A stretch of DNA of 58,865 nt, counting the filler, from Pristiophorus japonicus (taxonomy: Eukaryota), in assembly GCF_044704955.1 (NCBI RefSeq). It is 3 parts of 3 records of this genome, joined end to end, with 100 filler letters (N's around TTAATTAATTAA, not from the genome) between each part and the next. Parts side by side here need not be neighbours in the genome. Positions count along the whole stretch, not along the records: positions 1 to 16,001 come from NC_091980.1; 2 more parts are not named here. One strand, written 5' to 3'. Shown in pieces: positions 1 through 12,339 of this stretch. Every line of letters starts with the position of its first letter. The stretch's first letter is position 1. The position numbers and the translations under genes are program-made. The notes below the pieces were generated by a model. It did not search any database. It was not told the DNA's origin and worked only from the letters and a program-made list of their open reading frames with translations.

Positions 1-1239
1 CAGCCATGATCTTATTGAATGGCCTAATCCTGCTGCTATTCTACAAGATGCAGAGGTTGTGAATGTTCTGCTTCAACTCAAAAAGATGGCCATAATGATG
101 GAATTGAATCAGTGGCAAGGCTAGAGTTTTGGCAGGAGCTACAGACATTGGCTTTGGTCATCCCAAAAGTGTGGCTCAACCAAGCCAGAGTGTCAGACAA
201 ACAGTCTGAGAGGCAGTTGAGCTGGGGGGGTTTGGTCAAAAGATATATCTCAGTGTCTTGAGTTAGAAGCAGACCCCCATCCCACCCATATGTCTTCAGA
301 TGAAGTAGCCAAGGGGCAGTGTGTAGATAAGGGAGGGGAGGGCACCAAGCATCAGCTCTTCAACCAGAGGTAACATTGGCTTCTCCTGCCCAGCATTGAC
401 AGATGCACTAACTGGAATTGGATTGTTAAGAGTGAAACCAAGTGCAGGCAACCCCATTGTCCAGCTCAAATGGAGGAGACACATTAGGGGAGGATGTCAG
501 TACTTTACTTTCATTAGTGGTTTCCTTTGTTAAAATCTGTTTCAGGTTTGAGCTGAAAAATACTAAAAGACTATTGCATTACAATCCATGTGAACAGATT
601 TAATGATATGACTATTACAGACCAAATACTGTACTTCTAAAGCACAGCTTTTTCTCCAAGACCATAAAGCACACCAGCTCCAATATATTATTGAGCATTA
701 CTAGATAGGTTTCGTGGTATGCTTTCTCTTCCACAACAGGGAGAGTTTGAGAGTCAGGGATTATCCAAACAATTCACCAAGTATTGGAAAACACCACCCT
801 TTAGTATGAAACAGGCTTAACTTGTGCAGGTAGCTGAACAGATGTGGGGCAAGTCAAAATTACAGGCAACACCCACTATTTCACCACAAAAATCCAACAA
901 CTAAACTAAAATTCCAGTATACTAAATAGATGGAAAAACACACTAGTTTCCAAAAGCAAGAAAAAAAAATTTAAAAAACGAGTACATGCTCACAATAGCT
1001 CAATGGACAAATAGTGTGATAAGGTATAATGACTATACAATCCAGGTTTTAGTCAGTGGTAGGTTAGCTGATCAGCAGGATATAGCTGATTATGTATCAC
1101 TGGTTTGGGGAGGGAAGAAAATTCACTCCAGATTGCTGTTCAGAGTCCTTGATAGGAAATATGTCAAATGAGGATCCATCATAGGCAGACCCACAAAAAT
1201 CAAAGACTTGCTTCCACTCAAAAAAGAGAGTTCTCAGGT

Positions 1240-2225
1240 GACAGGAATTACAGTCTCTGTCACAGGTGGGACAGACAGTCGTTGAAGGAAAGCGTGGGTT
1301 GAGTCTGGTTTGCCGCACACGCCTTCCGCTGCCTGCGCCCGTTTTCTGCATGCTCTGGGCGACGAGACTCGAGGTGCTCAGCGCCCTCCCGGATGCTCAA
1401 CCTCCACTTAGGGTGGTCTTTGGCTAGGGATTCCTAGGTGTCAGTGGGGATGTTGCAGTGTCAATGAGACTGAGGGTGTCCTTGAAACGTTTCCTCTGTC
1501 CACTGGGGATTGCTTGTCATGTAGGAGTTCAGAGTAAAGGGCTTGCTTTGGGAGTCATGTGTCAGGCCCGCAGGAACAATGTGACCTGCCCAACAGAGCT
1601 GGTCGAGTGTGGTCAGTGCTTCGATGCTGGTGATGTTGGCCTGAACAAGGACACAAACGGTGAGTCTGTCCTCCCAGGGGATTTGCAGAGACAACGCTGG
1701 TGGTATTTCTCCAGCAATTGGAGGGGTCTGAGCCACAGGAGGGCAGGTATTGCTACCGCCCTGTAGACCAGAAGCTTGGTGCCAGATCCGAGGGCCTGAT
1801 TTTCAAACACTGTTCCTCAGGCGGCTGAAGACAGCACTTAACTGCGTCACCGATGTCTGCCCTTGCTGATAATAGGCTCCCGAGATATGGAAAGTGGTCC
1901 ATGCCGTGGATCTTGATGACCAGGGGGGGGGGGGGTGAAGTGCTGTGTGGCAAGGTCAGGTTGGTGGATGACTGTCTTATGGATGTTTAGTGTAAGGCCC
2001 ATGCTTTCATACACCTTGGTGAAGATGCTAACTATGACTTGCCGTTCAGCCTCTGAATGTGTGCAGACGCAAGCGTCGTCCGCGTACTGTAGTACTGTAG
2101 CTCAAAGAGGTTGGGCCGGTCTTGGATCTGGCCTGGAGGCGACAAAGGTTGAACAGGTTCCCACTGGTTCTATAGTTTAGTTCCACTCGATCGGGTGTTG
2201 CGTGTGAGGTGGAGCATTGCAGCAT
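1240..2225 (-). mobile_element. RTE-clade LINE, degenerate fragment (RT C-terminal part)
   Basis: Minus-strand frames give RTE-like peptides (DHFPYLGSLLS, LEKYHQRCL, TLDQLCWAGHIV, CPTCDRDC). Homologous to the plus-strand copy at 56060-56895. Boundaries approximate. Confidence 0.8.
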
Positions 2226-5200
2226 TAATTATGTTTTATTTGTCAAATAGCTACTGGTACTTGTATCTTTTTGGTATGCTTGTACATCAATAGGAACAAA
2301 CTAGGGAAAGGGCAGAAATGGAAAAAAGCTCAATGAAATTTCTATTGAAGCGAGTGCGGAAAACCAAGCAGCGAAAGCTGCTTTCATTAGCGATCATTTT
2401 GTCTACCTACAGAAATGCTGTCAATGACAAAATTATTTGTCCTCATGGCCTTGAGGGTTCGAAAGAATAGTAATGCAATACTGAACTGATAAAGTACAGA
2501 TATGGAGCAGGCAAAAAAAGCAGCGACAGTACAGATTAGCAATCTGGGTTCATTTCTTGCTTATTGTATACATTTTTAAAACTATTGCAACAATTCCAGC
2601 ATAAATGAAAGCACTCAGCTTTACTGTCAAAATGCCAATCCCAACCATCACTTTCTGCTGCTGCATCTTAACATGCTAATCCCAATCTTATAAAGTCAAA
2701 ACAAGTCACCCATGGTGTCACACATAGGGAGTCAAGTTCAAGTACTGTCTTCAGATGAAGCACTGTGAAAGGGTGGGAGGACAATTGAAGGGCATAGACA
2801 TAATGCAGCCCCTTCACAACACAAAAGTTTACATTAGGCAATTTCCATATTAAATATGGACATACAAATTTATAATGGAAAAAAGTTGACAGGAAGGGTG
2901 AACAGATGCAAGATTTTCAATGTATTAAATATAAAGTACCAGTGGATCTCCCTCAGTGTTGCTTGCCCATCAGATAGAATATACCATTCAATGCAAATTA
3001 TAGTCTGCTGTTAACTGTACCCCTTTAAAGGGCACAAAGTCTAAATATTAAACAAACAGAGATTCAGATTAGAGTTTAAATGCTTGGTCAGTGAACTGAA
3101 AATTGGAATCTTGTCAGGCAAACTGAACAGCACAACATTTTTTTTTAAATAAATGTTTTGCTTCTATAACATTGACTTCTGCACACATACCAATACAAAA
3201 AGGTAGCTTGCCATTGAAAGAAAATTAAATCCATATAAACAAAGCCAGAATTCAATTATTTAAAATTTCCTGCTGGATTTACTTGACCAATTTTTTTTGT
3301 TTAATTGAAAGTTATCAGCAGTTCAGTCCCAAAGACCAGAGGGGAAAAGAGGGAGAGATATTTTTGAATATTCTAGAGTTAATTATAAGCTCTTGGTATG
3401 GATTTTGCTATGCAAAAAAAAAAAGAGACAGGATACTTAGTTTCGTCTACTCATGAAAAAGGTCTGGTACAATTTGCAATTCATGAATTAGAAGTATTAT
3501 AGGAAGTCTTCCTTTAATAAACTTGCTATTCCAGCATTTCATATCCATTGCAGACCAATGGTAAGAATATTGGGAGTTCCAAATGGTTGAGTAAATGCAC
3601 AAACCAGTGAGCCATAAGATCACAACTCAAGAAATAGGAGCAGGAGTTGGAGTAGGCCATACAGCCCCTCGAGCCTGCTCCGCCATTCAATATGACCCAA
3701 GAACTCATTTTGTGTGTGGAAGCAAGTCTTCCTCGATTTCAAGGGACTGCCTATGATGATGGCTGAACTCCAACTCTACTTTCCTGCTCTATCCCCATAT
3801 CCCTCAGTCTGTAATATACAAACAAAATGATGGTTGTGGGTTCTAGTGATACTGATTGATTGAATCAATCAGTGGGAATATGATTAAGAAATAAAAACAG
3901 GATTTATACATGTGATTGCTAGTCAGTTGCTCTGCTGTAAACCTAGAAATCATAGAAATTTACAGGCATTCGGTCCATCGTGTCTGCTCTGGTTGAAAAA
4001 AAGCTATCCAGCCAAATATGGGAGAGAAGACTGGAGGGATCACAGATCAAGCCAATCAGATAATTTAACTTCATGTGTGATTGAGCAAGGTAGAGGTCAG
4101 CTGCCATCACCACCACAGAACTTCACCCTAGATCAAAGCTTTATAAAAATTTGAATTGAAACATTGCAACATGTAATTTGGTCAACTATACTAGATAGAT
4201 ATTAAAGGTTCATACTTTTAAATTAAGTATTGTTCCAACTGGCAACTCCAGTTAAACTAACAGCTTTTGTTAAACATTTAAATACAATTAATAATTCAAA
4301 CACTACACATGGAAGGCTAGACATTTAAATTGGTAAAGATCATAGACAACAAAGTCAATTACAGATAAGTGATCTAGCACTGGATAAACAGTTTTCAAAT
4401 ACTACAGATGAAAAAATATTTACATTTATGTGAACAGTGCTATTCCCACATCACTTCAAAAGTTTGGGATATTTTGTGAATCTAGCAATAAGGGTCAAGA
4501 TACAAGAGCAGAAACCCTACAGTATATTTTATTCAGGTTTAGCATTGTTTACCATTTCATCCAGTTGACAAGTTATGAATAAACTTCATTAACCATTTCT
4601 TCATTGGAGTTATGGTCTTATCCACTTCATGTGCTGTTTTTATTGTTGTGAACCTCAACTTCTAAATCTTTGCTTTCTCGAAAATGTAATTATTTTAAAA
4701 ACCAAAATGTACTACTTCACATATACTGCCATTGAATTCAGCCACGTTTTGCCTATTCCACCATCTTATCAATACCTACTGAAGTTTCCTTTGGCTCAAT
4801 TATTTATTGCCTCTCCTATTTTAGTACATTCAGCAAATTTAAACCCAATCGATTTATAACAATTTTAGGTAGCCTCTAATCACAACAGCATGTTTGTGAT
4901 AATTCCGCAGGACCACTCACTGCGACAACTGATGGCTGAAAATTGAAACAAATTTATGCGAAAGGCTCGACCTCGCTTTCTCAACAGGGAAAATGGTTTG
5001 CTTGCACAAGTCACTGCACCCAACAAGGTGCAAACACAGCGTGCGCTAAAGGTCATGAAGCTGCTGTCACCAATGGAGAAAATGCTGAAGGGAATGTTAG
5101 TGGATTAAATACGTTTAAAACTAAACGAAGCGTAAAGTGAGCATCCTGTGCAAAATTCGAATAGGATTCAAAAGCACAGCGGAAGTGCTTAGTCTACAGT

Positions 5201-5753
5201 TTTATATTAACACAAGCAAATTTGCTCTGGGACGCCTACAAATGTTAAGTTACGCGGGTAATATGACAAAAGTGGAAGTACTGATATTCAGAATAACTTA
5301 TCAACTCGTTGACAGATACACAATTAAAAAAATCTCTTAAGCAGCGCCAAAGCAGAAAGTCAGGAAGAGTGAACAGGAACATAACCGCAAACGCCTATCA
5401 GCAGGCGATGTCATCTGAACCGATGACGCTGCGATATTCAACACTCCCCAGCTCAACGGGCAGAGGGCTGTGCGGCGGGCACAGGCCACTCTCCCGACTC
5501 GGGGCAGGGCCCCAACTGCAACCGCTCCAGTGACACTGCCCGGGTGATAGCGAATCTGGACCTGGCAAACACTGAAATCAGTGGGAAGGTCAGAAGAACC
5601 AATAGAAAGCTGTCCGGGCACCAGCTTCCAACCACCGGCTCCCTCCGGCAGGACACCGGGCAGGCCCGGGGACCTCAACAAGCCCGACCCCTCACAAGCC
5701 CGCCCGGCAGGCGTTGCCCGCGCCCCCCCCCGCCGCCGCCCCCCGCCGCTCAC

Positions 5754-5943
5754 CTCCAATGTCGTCCGAGTGTGGCTGTAAGGCGGGCGGCACCTCCCCA
5801 CCGTCCAGAATGCTGAACCCTTCATCGTTCTCGATCCCCGCGATCTCGCTCTCCTGCTGTGCGAGGAAGGCGGCGGCCGGGTCCTCCTCGGCGCTGCCCG
5901 TGGTGCCGTTGTCGGAGGAAAAGAAGCCAAAATCTTCCGCCAT
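5754..5943 (-). CDS. CLTA/CLTB: Clathrin light chain, coding exon 1 (190 nt, ends phase 1)
   Basis: ATG at 5943 gives MAEDFGFFSSDNGTTGSAEEDPAAAFLAQQESEIAGIENDEGFSILDGGEVPPALQPHSDDIG, containing the invariant vertebrate CLC segment EEDPAAAFLAQQESEIAGIEND. Donor GAG|GTGAGC at 5754/5753; lies in a CpG island. Paralog identity is ambiguous and no downstream exons were recognised. Confidence 0.95.
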
Positions 5944-5959
5944 CTTCAGCTGGTTCCTG

Positions 5960-6290
5960 CCACTGAACACCACCGGAAGCTAGCTGCGGCAAACCGGAAA
6001 CTCCTCCAGCTTCCCCCCTTACGTCACCTTTATTCAGCGGCGGCGCCAAAGCCCCGCCCTCCACGCGACCCCTTCCGCTTGCCCAAAGCCCCGCCCCTGC
6101 CGCCCACGTGATTCTCTCCGCCTGCTCAAAGCCCCGCCCCCACGTGACTCCCTCCGTCTGCCCAAAGCCCCGCCCCCACGTGACTCCCTCCGTCTACCCA
6201 AAGCCCCGCCCCTGCCCCCACGTGACTCCCTCCGTCTGCCCAAAGCCCCGCCCCTGCCCCCACGTGACCCCTCCGCCTGCCCCAAAGGTT
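5960..6290 (-). promoter_or_regulatory. CpG-island promoter of clathrin light chain with tandem GC-box + E-box units
   Basis: About six 37-43 bp units (AAAGCCCCGCCC...CACGTGAC...) with 6 GCCCCGCCC and 5 CACGTG sites. ETS-like CCGGAAG near 5974 and CRE-like TTACGTCA near 6019. Confidence 0.75.
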
Positions 6291-6786
6291 ACATTCCCAG
6301 TGATTATAAATCCAGTTCCAGTGTCAGATTTTGCTGGTCACATCGAGACACGGTGTCAGTTGCTTGCCCTTAAAGGAGTGACACCATTGGTATCCCCGGA
6401 AACGTGTTTGGTCCGCCGACATTGAACTTTAAAACTAAACTAACAAACTAAATCAGAAAGTTAAAATCAGGAGTGGTGAAAGCCAGCCTCAGAGTTGCAA
6501 CATTGTAATGGGCACGTTGTTCCCCAACAAGGGCGAGACAGCCATGAGCTACCATGTCCCACTCTTCTAATTGGACCAATGAGGAGACACTGGTTTGCTC
6601 CCAGTGTCATCAAACAAAATAATTTAATAGACGTGTCCCATTCTTAGCTAGCAACAAACACTTAAATTGTACAAAAAAAACCCAAAGAAATCATATCAAT
6701 TTAAATTATACATTATATATTTACACCATCCACTATGCATTCCAGTTCCCACGGAAGTCGCGGAAGACCTCAAGCATACTGGTTAA

Positions 6787-7200
6787 TCGTGGCTCAGTTG
6801 GTAGCACCCCCGCCTGAGTCAGAATGTTTGTGGATTCAAGTCCCACTCCAGGAACTTGAGAACAAAACTCTAGGCTGACATTCCAGTGCAGTGCTGAGGG
6901 AGTGCTGATCTGTCGGAGGTGCCGTCCTTTGAATGAGATGTTAAACTGAGGCCCCATGACACTATTTCGAAGAAGAGCATAGAAGTTATCCCCGGTGTCC
7001 AAACTAATATTTATCCCTCAATTAACATCACTAAAACAGATTATCTGATCATTATCACATTGCTGTTTGTGGGAGCTTGCTGTGCGCCAATTGGTTGCCG
7101 TGTTTCCTACATTATAACAGTGACTACACTTCATAAAGTACTTCACTGGCTGTAAAGCGTATTGGGTCGTGAAAGGCGCTATATAAATGCAAGTCTTTCC
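6787..7200 (+). mobile_element. tRNA-derived Deu-domain SINE (SacSINE1-like), near full length
   Basis: A-box-like TGGCTCAGTTGG and B-box-like GATTCAAGTCC head; core ATTATCACATTGCTGTTTGTGGGAGCTTGCTGTGC; tail AAAGGCGCTATATAAATGCAAG. Several copies in the window. Confidence 0.75.
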
Positions 7201-9354
7201 TTATTTCTCCAGGGAGTAACCCTGTCTTAATCTCTCCGGTTTTGTTTTGCATATAATAAAGCACTGAAATATTGTCATATTATTGTTAATTTACATTCAG
7301 AAATCTAGTTTAGGAATCGAGATTCTGAATGAGCATATCATTACTCTCTCTTTGGCCTCCCACACTGTTACAACCAGGCTCCATACAAATTTAAGGAATC
7401 ATATTTCATATTGTTTCTTATGTCTCTGCAGTCTTACGGTCTGACATTGACTTCAGTAGCTTCAAACCTTAGCTTTATCCCTATTTTAAGCATATAGTCA
7501 TTTTAGTTAGTTTTAACTAATAAAGTTATGTTGTATTCTGTAGTCTTTTTTTACCCTATTGGTTCATAAGCAAAAATATTTCAATAACAAGTTTGTTCTC
7601 CAGTCTCAGTGGAATGATGGAGCTTGTTTGAAATGCCTGCATTCAGTGTGATCAGAAAATGCTGCATACATTACAGGGTGAGGACTGCTTTTATTTTTTT
7701 AGAACTTAAAAAAGATGTACATTAACATACAGTGGAATCTCCATTATCTGTGTTCCAATTACCCACCTTCCAGGTTCATCCGCTAGAATTTTTTAAACAA
7801 AACCTATTGTGAGAATTCATCTCAGTGCACCACTCTCCTCTTATCTGATGTAAATCAATTCCAAAGCCCTCAAAATATTGTTAATTTTATGTTATTTCTA
7901 ATCTACTTCTCTTAATGATTATGCCAATGGTATTGCTGCACCCTATGTCTACAAAACTGGGGACACTATTATCTACCAATTTCAATTGATATCCAAGGAA
8001 GGACCTCCATTATTACAGATAATGTAGCTTCCATTATAGAAGAATTAGAGTGTAATGCATTTAATTTATGTGAACTAAAGCAAACATTGAATTTTCCAAA
8101 TATAACATATTCTGTTTATAACACTGATAAAAATTTAGACCAATGACTAATATTGTATTAATGCTAATAATGTATTAATTATGCAGGATCATCTCTACTT
8201 TAGGTAATATGTACAAATTAATTTTAATAGCTGGGGAAGCTCTTTGCCAACTACATCTTACAACTGGAAAACAGTAACGTGAATATAAAAAGTCAATGGG
8301 GCAAAACCTTTTTAACGAGCACAGCAGAAGGCCAAAGAAACTGCTTTAAATTACTTTTGTGAATGATGGGATTTTAATTTTGAAATCCTTTTACTGTTCA
8401 TGAGTGCAATGTTGAATTTTCTCCAGCATTGCATGGTGTTTTGGATATATACAACATACTAGTTGGGTCTATAGCATCTGCTTATGTTCAGGCAACAAGT
8501 CAGATAAACTGAAGAATATCTCCTTCTTTGGCTCAGTGTCAATATTTGTCTCACGCTTCTGTGAAGCATCTTGGGACTTTTTATGATGTTAAAGGTGCTG
8601 TATAAATGCAAGTTGTTATTGAATGTCCAGTTTCTGTCTATTTACCACAAAATATTGTATCTCAGATCATCCTCCATTTCCAGCTGCATTATGCATTGTG
8701 GCAAGTGATCTGGAATTTTAGTTATAATGGCAAAAAATAGTTACAGAATTAAATCAGATATAAAGTTAATAGGAGTGGGTCATTATTTCTTTTTAAATTG
8801 TTTTAAACTTATTTTTGTATAGATTGATTCATCTAAATGAGCAAAAATGCTTATATCGTATCTTGTTCATGTAGAATGCATCTATACTAAAATTCTTAAA
8901 ACTATGTATAAGCACTCAAAGTTTTAATTAAGGAATGTTGTATGAGACCACAACAACAACTTGTATTTAACATGGTAAAACGTCCCAAGGTGCTTCATAG
9001 AGAGCGTTATAAAGCTTAATTTAACACTGAGCCATATAAGGAGATATTAGGGCAGATGGACAAAGATTTGGGCGTACAAAAGGGATTAACATGATGAGAG
9101 ATATACTGAAATTTGGAGACATTTAATTTCCTACTCTTCGAAAGTCAATGAAAACAAAAACAGATTATCTAGTCATTATCACATTGCTGTTTGTGGGAAC
9201 TTGCTGTGCACAAATTGGTTGCCACATTTCCTATATTACTACAGTGACAATACATCAAAAGTGCTTCATTGGCTGTAAAGCGCTTTGGGATGTCCGGTGG
9301 TTGTGAAAGGCACTATATAAATGCAAGATTCTGTTTTATTTTACTCTTATTGGC

Positions 9355-9544
9355 CAATTCAGATGACACTGGATTGCCCCAGTGTCATCAATCAAATCAA
9401 AAAAGATCGAACAAAAGTGCCCACTTTTTAAAAGGGCACAAACAATAAACACCCAAATTAAAAAGAAAACAAAGAATACTTAATAAATTAAATCAAAATA
9501 TTGCCACCCATGTCAACAATGTTATTCAGCCTCTCCAGTGCCCA
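9355..9544 (-). mobile_element. Tx1/L1-like LINE 3' end (ORF2 C-terminus + 3' UTR), interrupted by the ERV; continues at 15925-16001
   Basis: Removing the provirus and one TSD restores the minus-strand frame VCAWVALAKERVVSTGMHEAFRNQWALERLNNIVDMGGNILI*, which resembles Tx1-clade ORF2 ends. Family assignment is from recalled similarity. Confidence 0.55.
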
Positions 9545-10098
9545 TGAGAATGTAGATAGAAGGTTTGCGAATGTGTTAGTAAGGGATCATGGGAAAATGG
9601 CCAAGAGAAATTGTCCAGCTGCGATATTTGCCCTGTCGACACAAACAAAGGATTACTCAGAGTTGTGGTCAAACACGAGTTACGCGAAAAAGCAAAAGTC
9701 AGACATGAGTCAGACGAGGGGCTGCTATAAACAGCCGTAAAATAGGGAAATGTGATGAAATTCGAAACAATAAACACATCCCTGGAGCCCGCCCTATTTG
9801 GAGAGTTGTTAGCCTGCAATTGGGTATGCTATGGGGGAAATCGACCAATGATTGTATAAACTGAGTGTCACTCAAATGTGTTCTGCTGTAACAATGTATA
9901 AGTGTTGAGCTTTTGTACTGTTACGGGACTTGTCAGGAGAGAGGAGGACAGGCTCGAACCGAGAGTGTTCCCTTTATCTTAACAGGTCCCGGCCGGAGAA
10001 TCTACAGAATAAAGGTCTTATGTTGCGAAGACTAAAAGTGTTCATGTGTCAGTGAATTCGCTGAAACAGATTGAAGGGAAAAGAATCCAGTATCAACA
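9545..10098 (+). repeat. ERV 5' LTR (554 bp)
   Basis: TGAGAATG...TATCAACA; direct repeat of 15369-15924; contains CCAAT, TATAA and AATAAA (near 10008). Confidence 0.95.
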
Positions 10099-10100
10099 TT

Positions 10101-10118
10101 TGGTGTCAGAAGTGGGAT
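10101..10118 (+). promoter_or_regulatory. Primer binding site, tRNA-Leu
   Basis: TGGTGTCAGAAGTGGGAT, 2 nt after the LTR, is complementary to the 3' end of vertebrate tRNA-Leu (ATCCCACTTCTGACACCA). Confidence 0.85.
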
Positions 10119-10664
10119 CTCAACGGACGACTGCCGAAAACTTGCGAATTAAGAGCTAGACTAGCCTTGGACGAGACGAGAGGAAAATGGCCACTGGAGT
10201 AAGTATAATTTCAATACTGCTCCAGTTTCCTCCAGTTTCAAAAGTCTGAGGAAAGTTTAGCCACTCGCTGGTTCTCAGGTGGTGTCTGAACGAGATCCAG
10301 GTCAATCTGGCGAACACTTTCTAAACTTAGGAAAAACCATGTAGCGACACGAAGAGAAAAATCGCGTAGCCGTGTAGCGACACGAAGAGAGAAATCGTGT
10401 AGGAAACTGTGCGGCGACACGAAGAGAAAAATCGCGCGAACCGCGTAGGGAAACGCGGAGGTTAGGGAATTACGTAAAATTAAGCTGCGAGACTACGCGG
10501 AACTGTGTAAATTTTAAATTGTACTTACGCCAGGTGCGGTGTCGATCTTGTATATCACTTGGTCCACCTAGGCTCTGGGTAAGCTAAACTGAGATCACCA
10601 CGGGGCAGCGTGGGGGACGATTCGGATTAATTAGGACCCCGATCCAACGTGCGGCGACACAAGG

Positions 10665-12315
10665 ATGGGTAATTTAGATAAAACTACGAATTCCCTGAAA
10701 GGTCATGGATCCCCGAAAAAAAAGACTCTTGTGAATGTCTGTTTTAAATGCTTGTATGCTTTTTACTGTGGAGAAGGAAGCTTGTGTGGGGAAACCGGGG
10801 AGTTGTGGTTTGCTTTAGCTCCACCCACCTTTTCAAACAGTGAAAGTTTTTTAACCCTTCATAGTGTTGTCCTGTATGTGGGAAGTTTAAGAGTGTGAAC
10901 CTTATTGAATTACGTATATTCGGATGATAAGTTACGGAGCCAGGAAATGCACAAAGGATAGGTTTGTTGAGTAAAAACAAAATATATGGTCCCAGTGGTT
11001 AAAAAAGGGATAAGGATTTAATAGCCAAATGGAGACAGTACTGTCAAAAGCTGAAAGATGAGTCCCTTCTGTCAAGCTGGCAGGAGAACGCCACTAAACT
11101 AGGACTTTCCTTGACAGGAGGACATGTTAAAACTGTAGACGTCTTAAAGAAAGAGTGCGCGCACGAGAAATGTACTAAGAATTCCCTTGGGACCTCTGAG
11201 AAGGGTACAGATAGACTACGTAGTCGAATGGTTGGCTTTGCGTTGACCGAGGCTGATGATGAAATTGATGAATGGACACAGCCGCGCCCAACGGCGCCTC
11301 CTGCAGCCTCTGACCCTTTGTCACAGCCTCTTTCCCATCCCCCTCCACCTTACACTCCGGCGAGAGGAGTTAAAGATAAATGTAACCCTACACCAACGAA
11401 GCGACAAGCCCAAACGGACTCCAGTTTATAGATCATTTTTGAACTACTATTTCAGTTTATAATGCAGAATCAAGAGACTTGTGGTCCTTAGTGCAGCAGA
11501 CCCTGAGCCCGACTGAACACATCCGGTTCTTAGAAAATTTGAGGCAAGCCACCCATGATGCATTAGTGACTGCTCACCCTAATAACGCCCAGGATCGCCT
11601 AAACGCTATCTTTAATGCTTTCAGTAAGAACCTTCAGAAGCCCATCAATATGGCAGCAGTATTAGAAACTAAACCCAAACGAGAAGAAACTGCCGACGAA
11701 TTCATGGAAAGATTTATTGAAATATACGGAGGTCAATCAGGAGATAAAACCTTCAGGGCAGGGGATAATTCACCTCAATTCTGCTTCAGTGCCTGCCCTA
11801 TTCGATTGCTCATGCTATCCGGACAAATAATATGAATTGGGCAGATAACAGTAAAGCCCAGATGGAAAGGGCGGTTAAATATTATTGACAGGAAAAGAAA
11901 GGAGAAGGGGGAGGTGTGCCCCCAACCCGGGTCAAGACTGAATACGTGACAAGAAAGGAAGAGCCGCCTCGGGTGGAAGGACCAAAACCCGACCCAAGGG
12001 GATACCAGATGGAACCGCAGTGTTGCGTGCAGGGTTGGGTGGATAAACAAGGATACGGTTATACCAAATGGCACGGGCCATGCTAATTACGGACCGCCCT
12101 ACTGTCCCCGGCCTGGTATGGGAAGAGGTCGGAGCTGGGAAAGACGAGATGGATGCTTTAATTGTGGGCAAGAAGGACATTGGAGTAGAGAGTGTCCCTC
12201 CCGTCGGCACGAAAGAGGAAGAGGAGGGGGGCAAGGGGGGAGAGGACGGGGATCTTACACTAACTTCTCCCAGAACAACCCCTTTGGCCAACCGTCCCCC
12301 GATTACGTAGCTTGA
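10665..12315 (+). pseudogene. gag: ERV gag remnant (frameshifted)
   Basis: MG start at 10665; PTAP and PPPY late-domain motifs; MHR-like KPKREETADEFMERF; CCHC knuckle CFNCGQEGHWSREC; TGA at 12313-12315. Confidence 0.85.
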
Positions 12316-12339
12316 TTGTACAGAGAACCTCCCCGGCTG

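Noticed and set aside
6787-6860. tRNA gene
   Set aside because: A/B boxes belong to a SINE head and are followed by the SINE body; no complete cloverleaf.
9501-9819. Duplicated small ORFs at 9501-9819 and 15092-15643 as a gene pair
   Set aside because: They are incidental translations of the two LTR copies.
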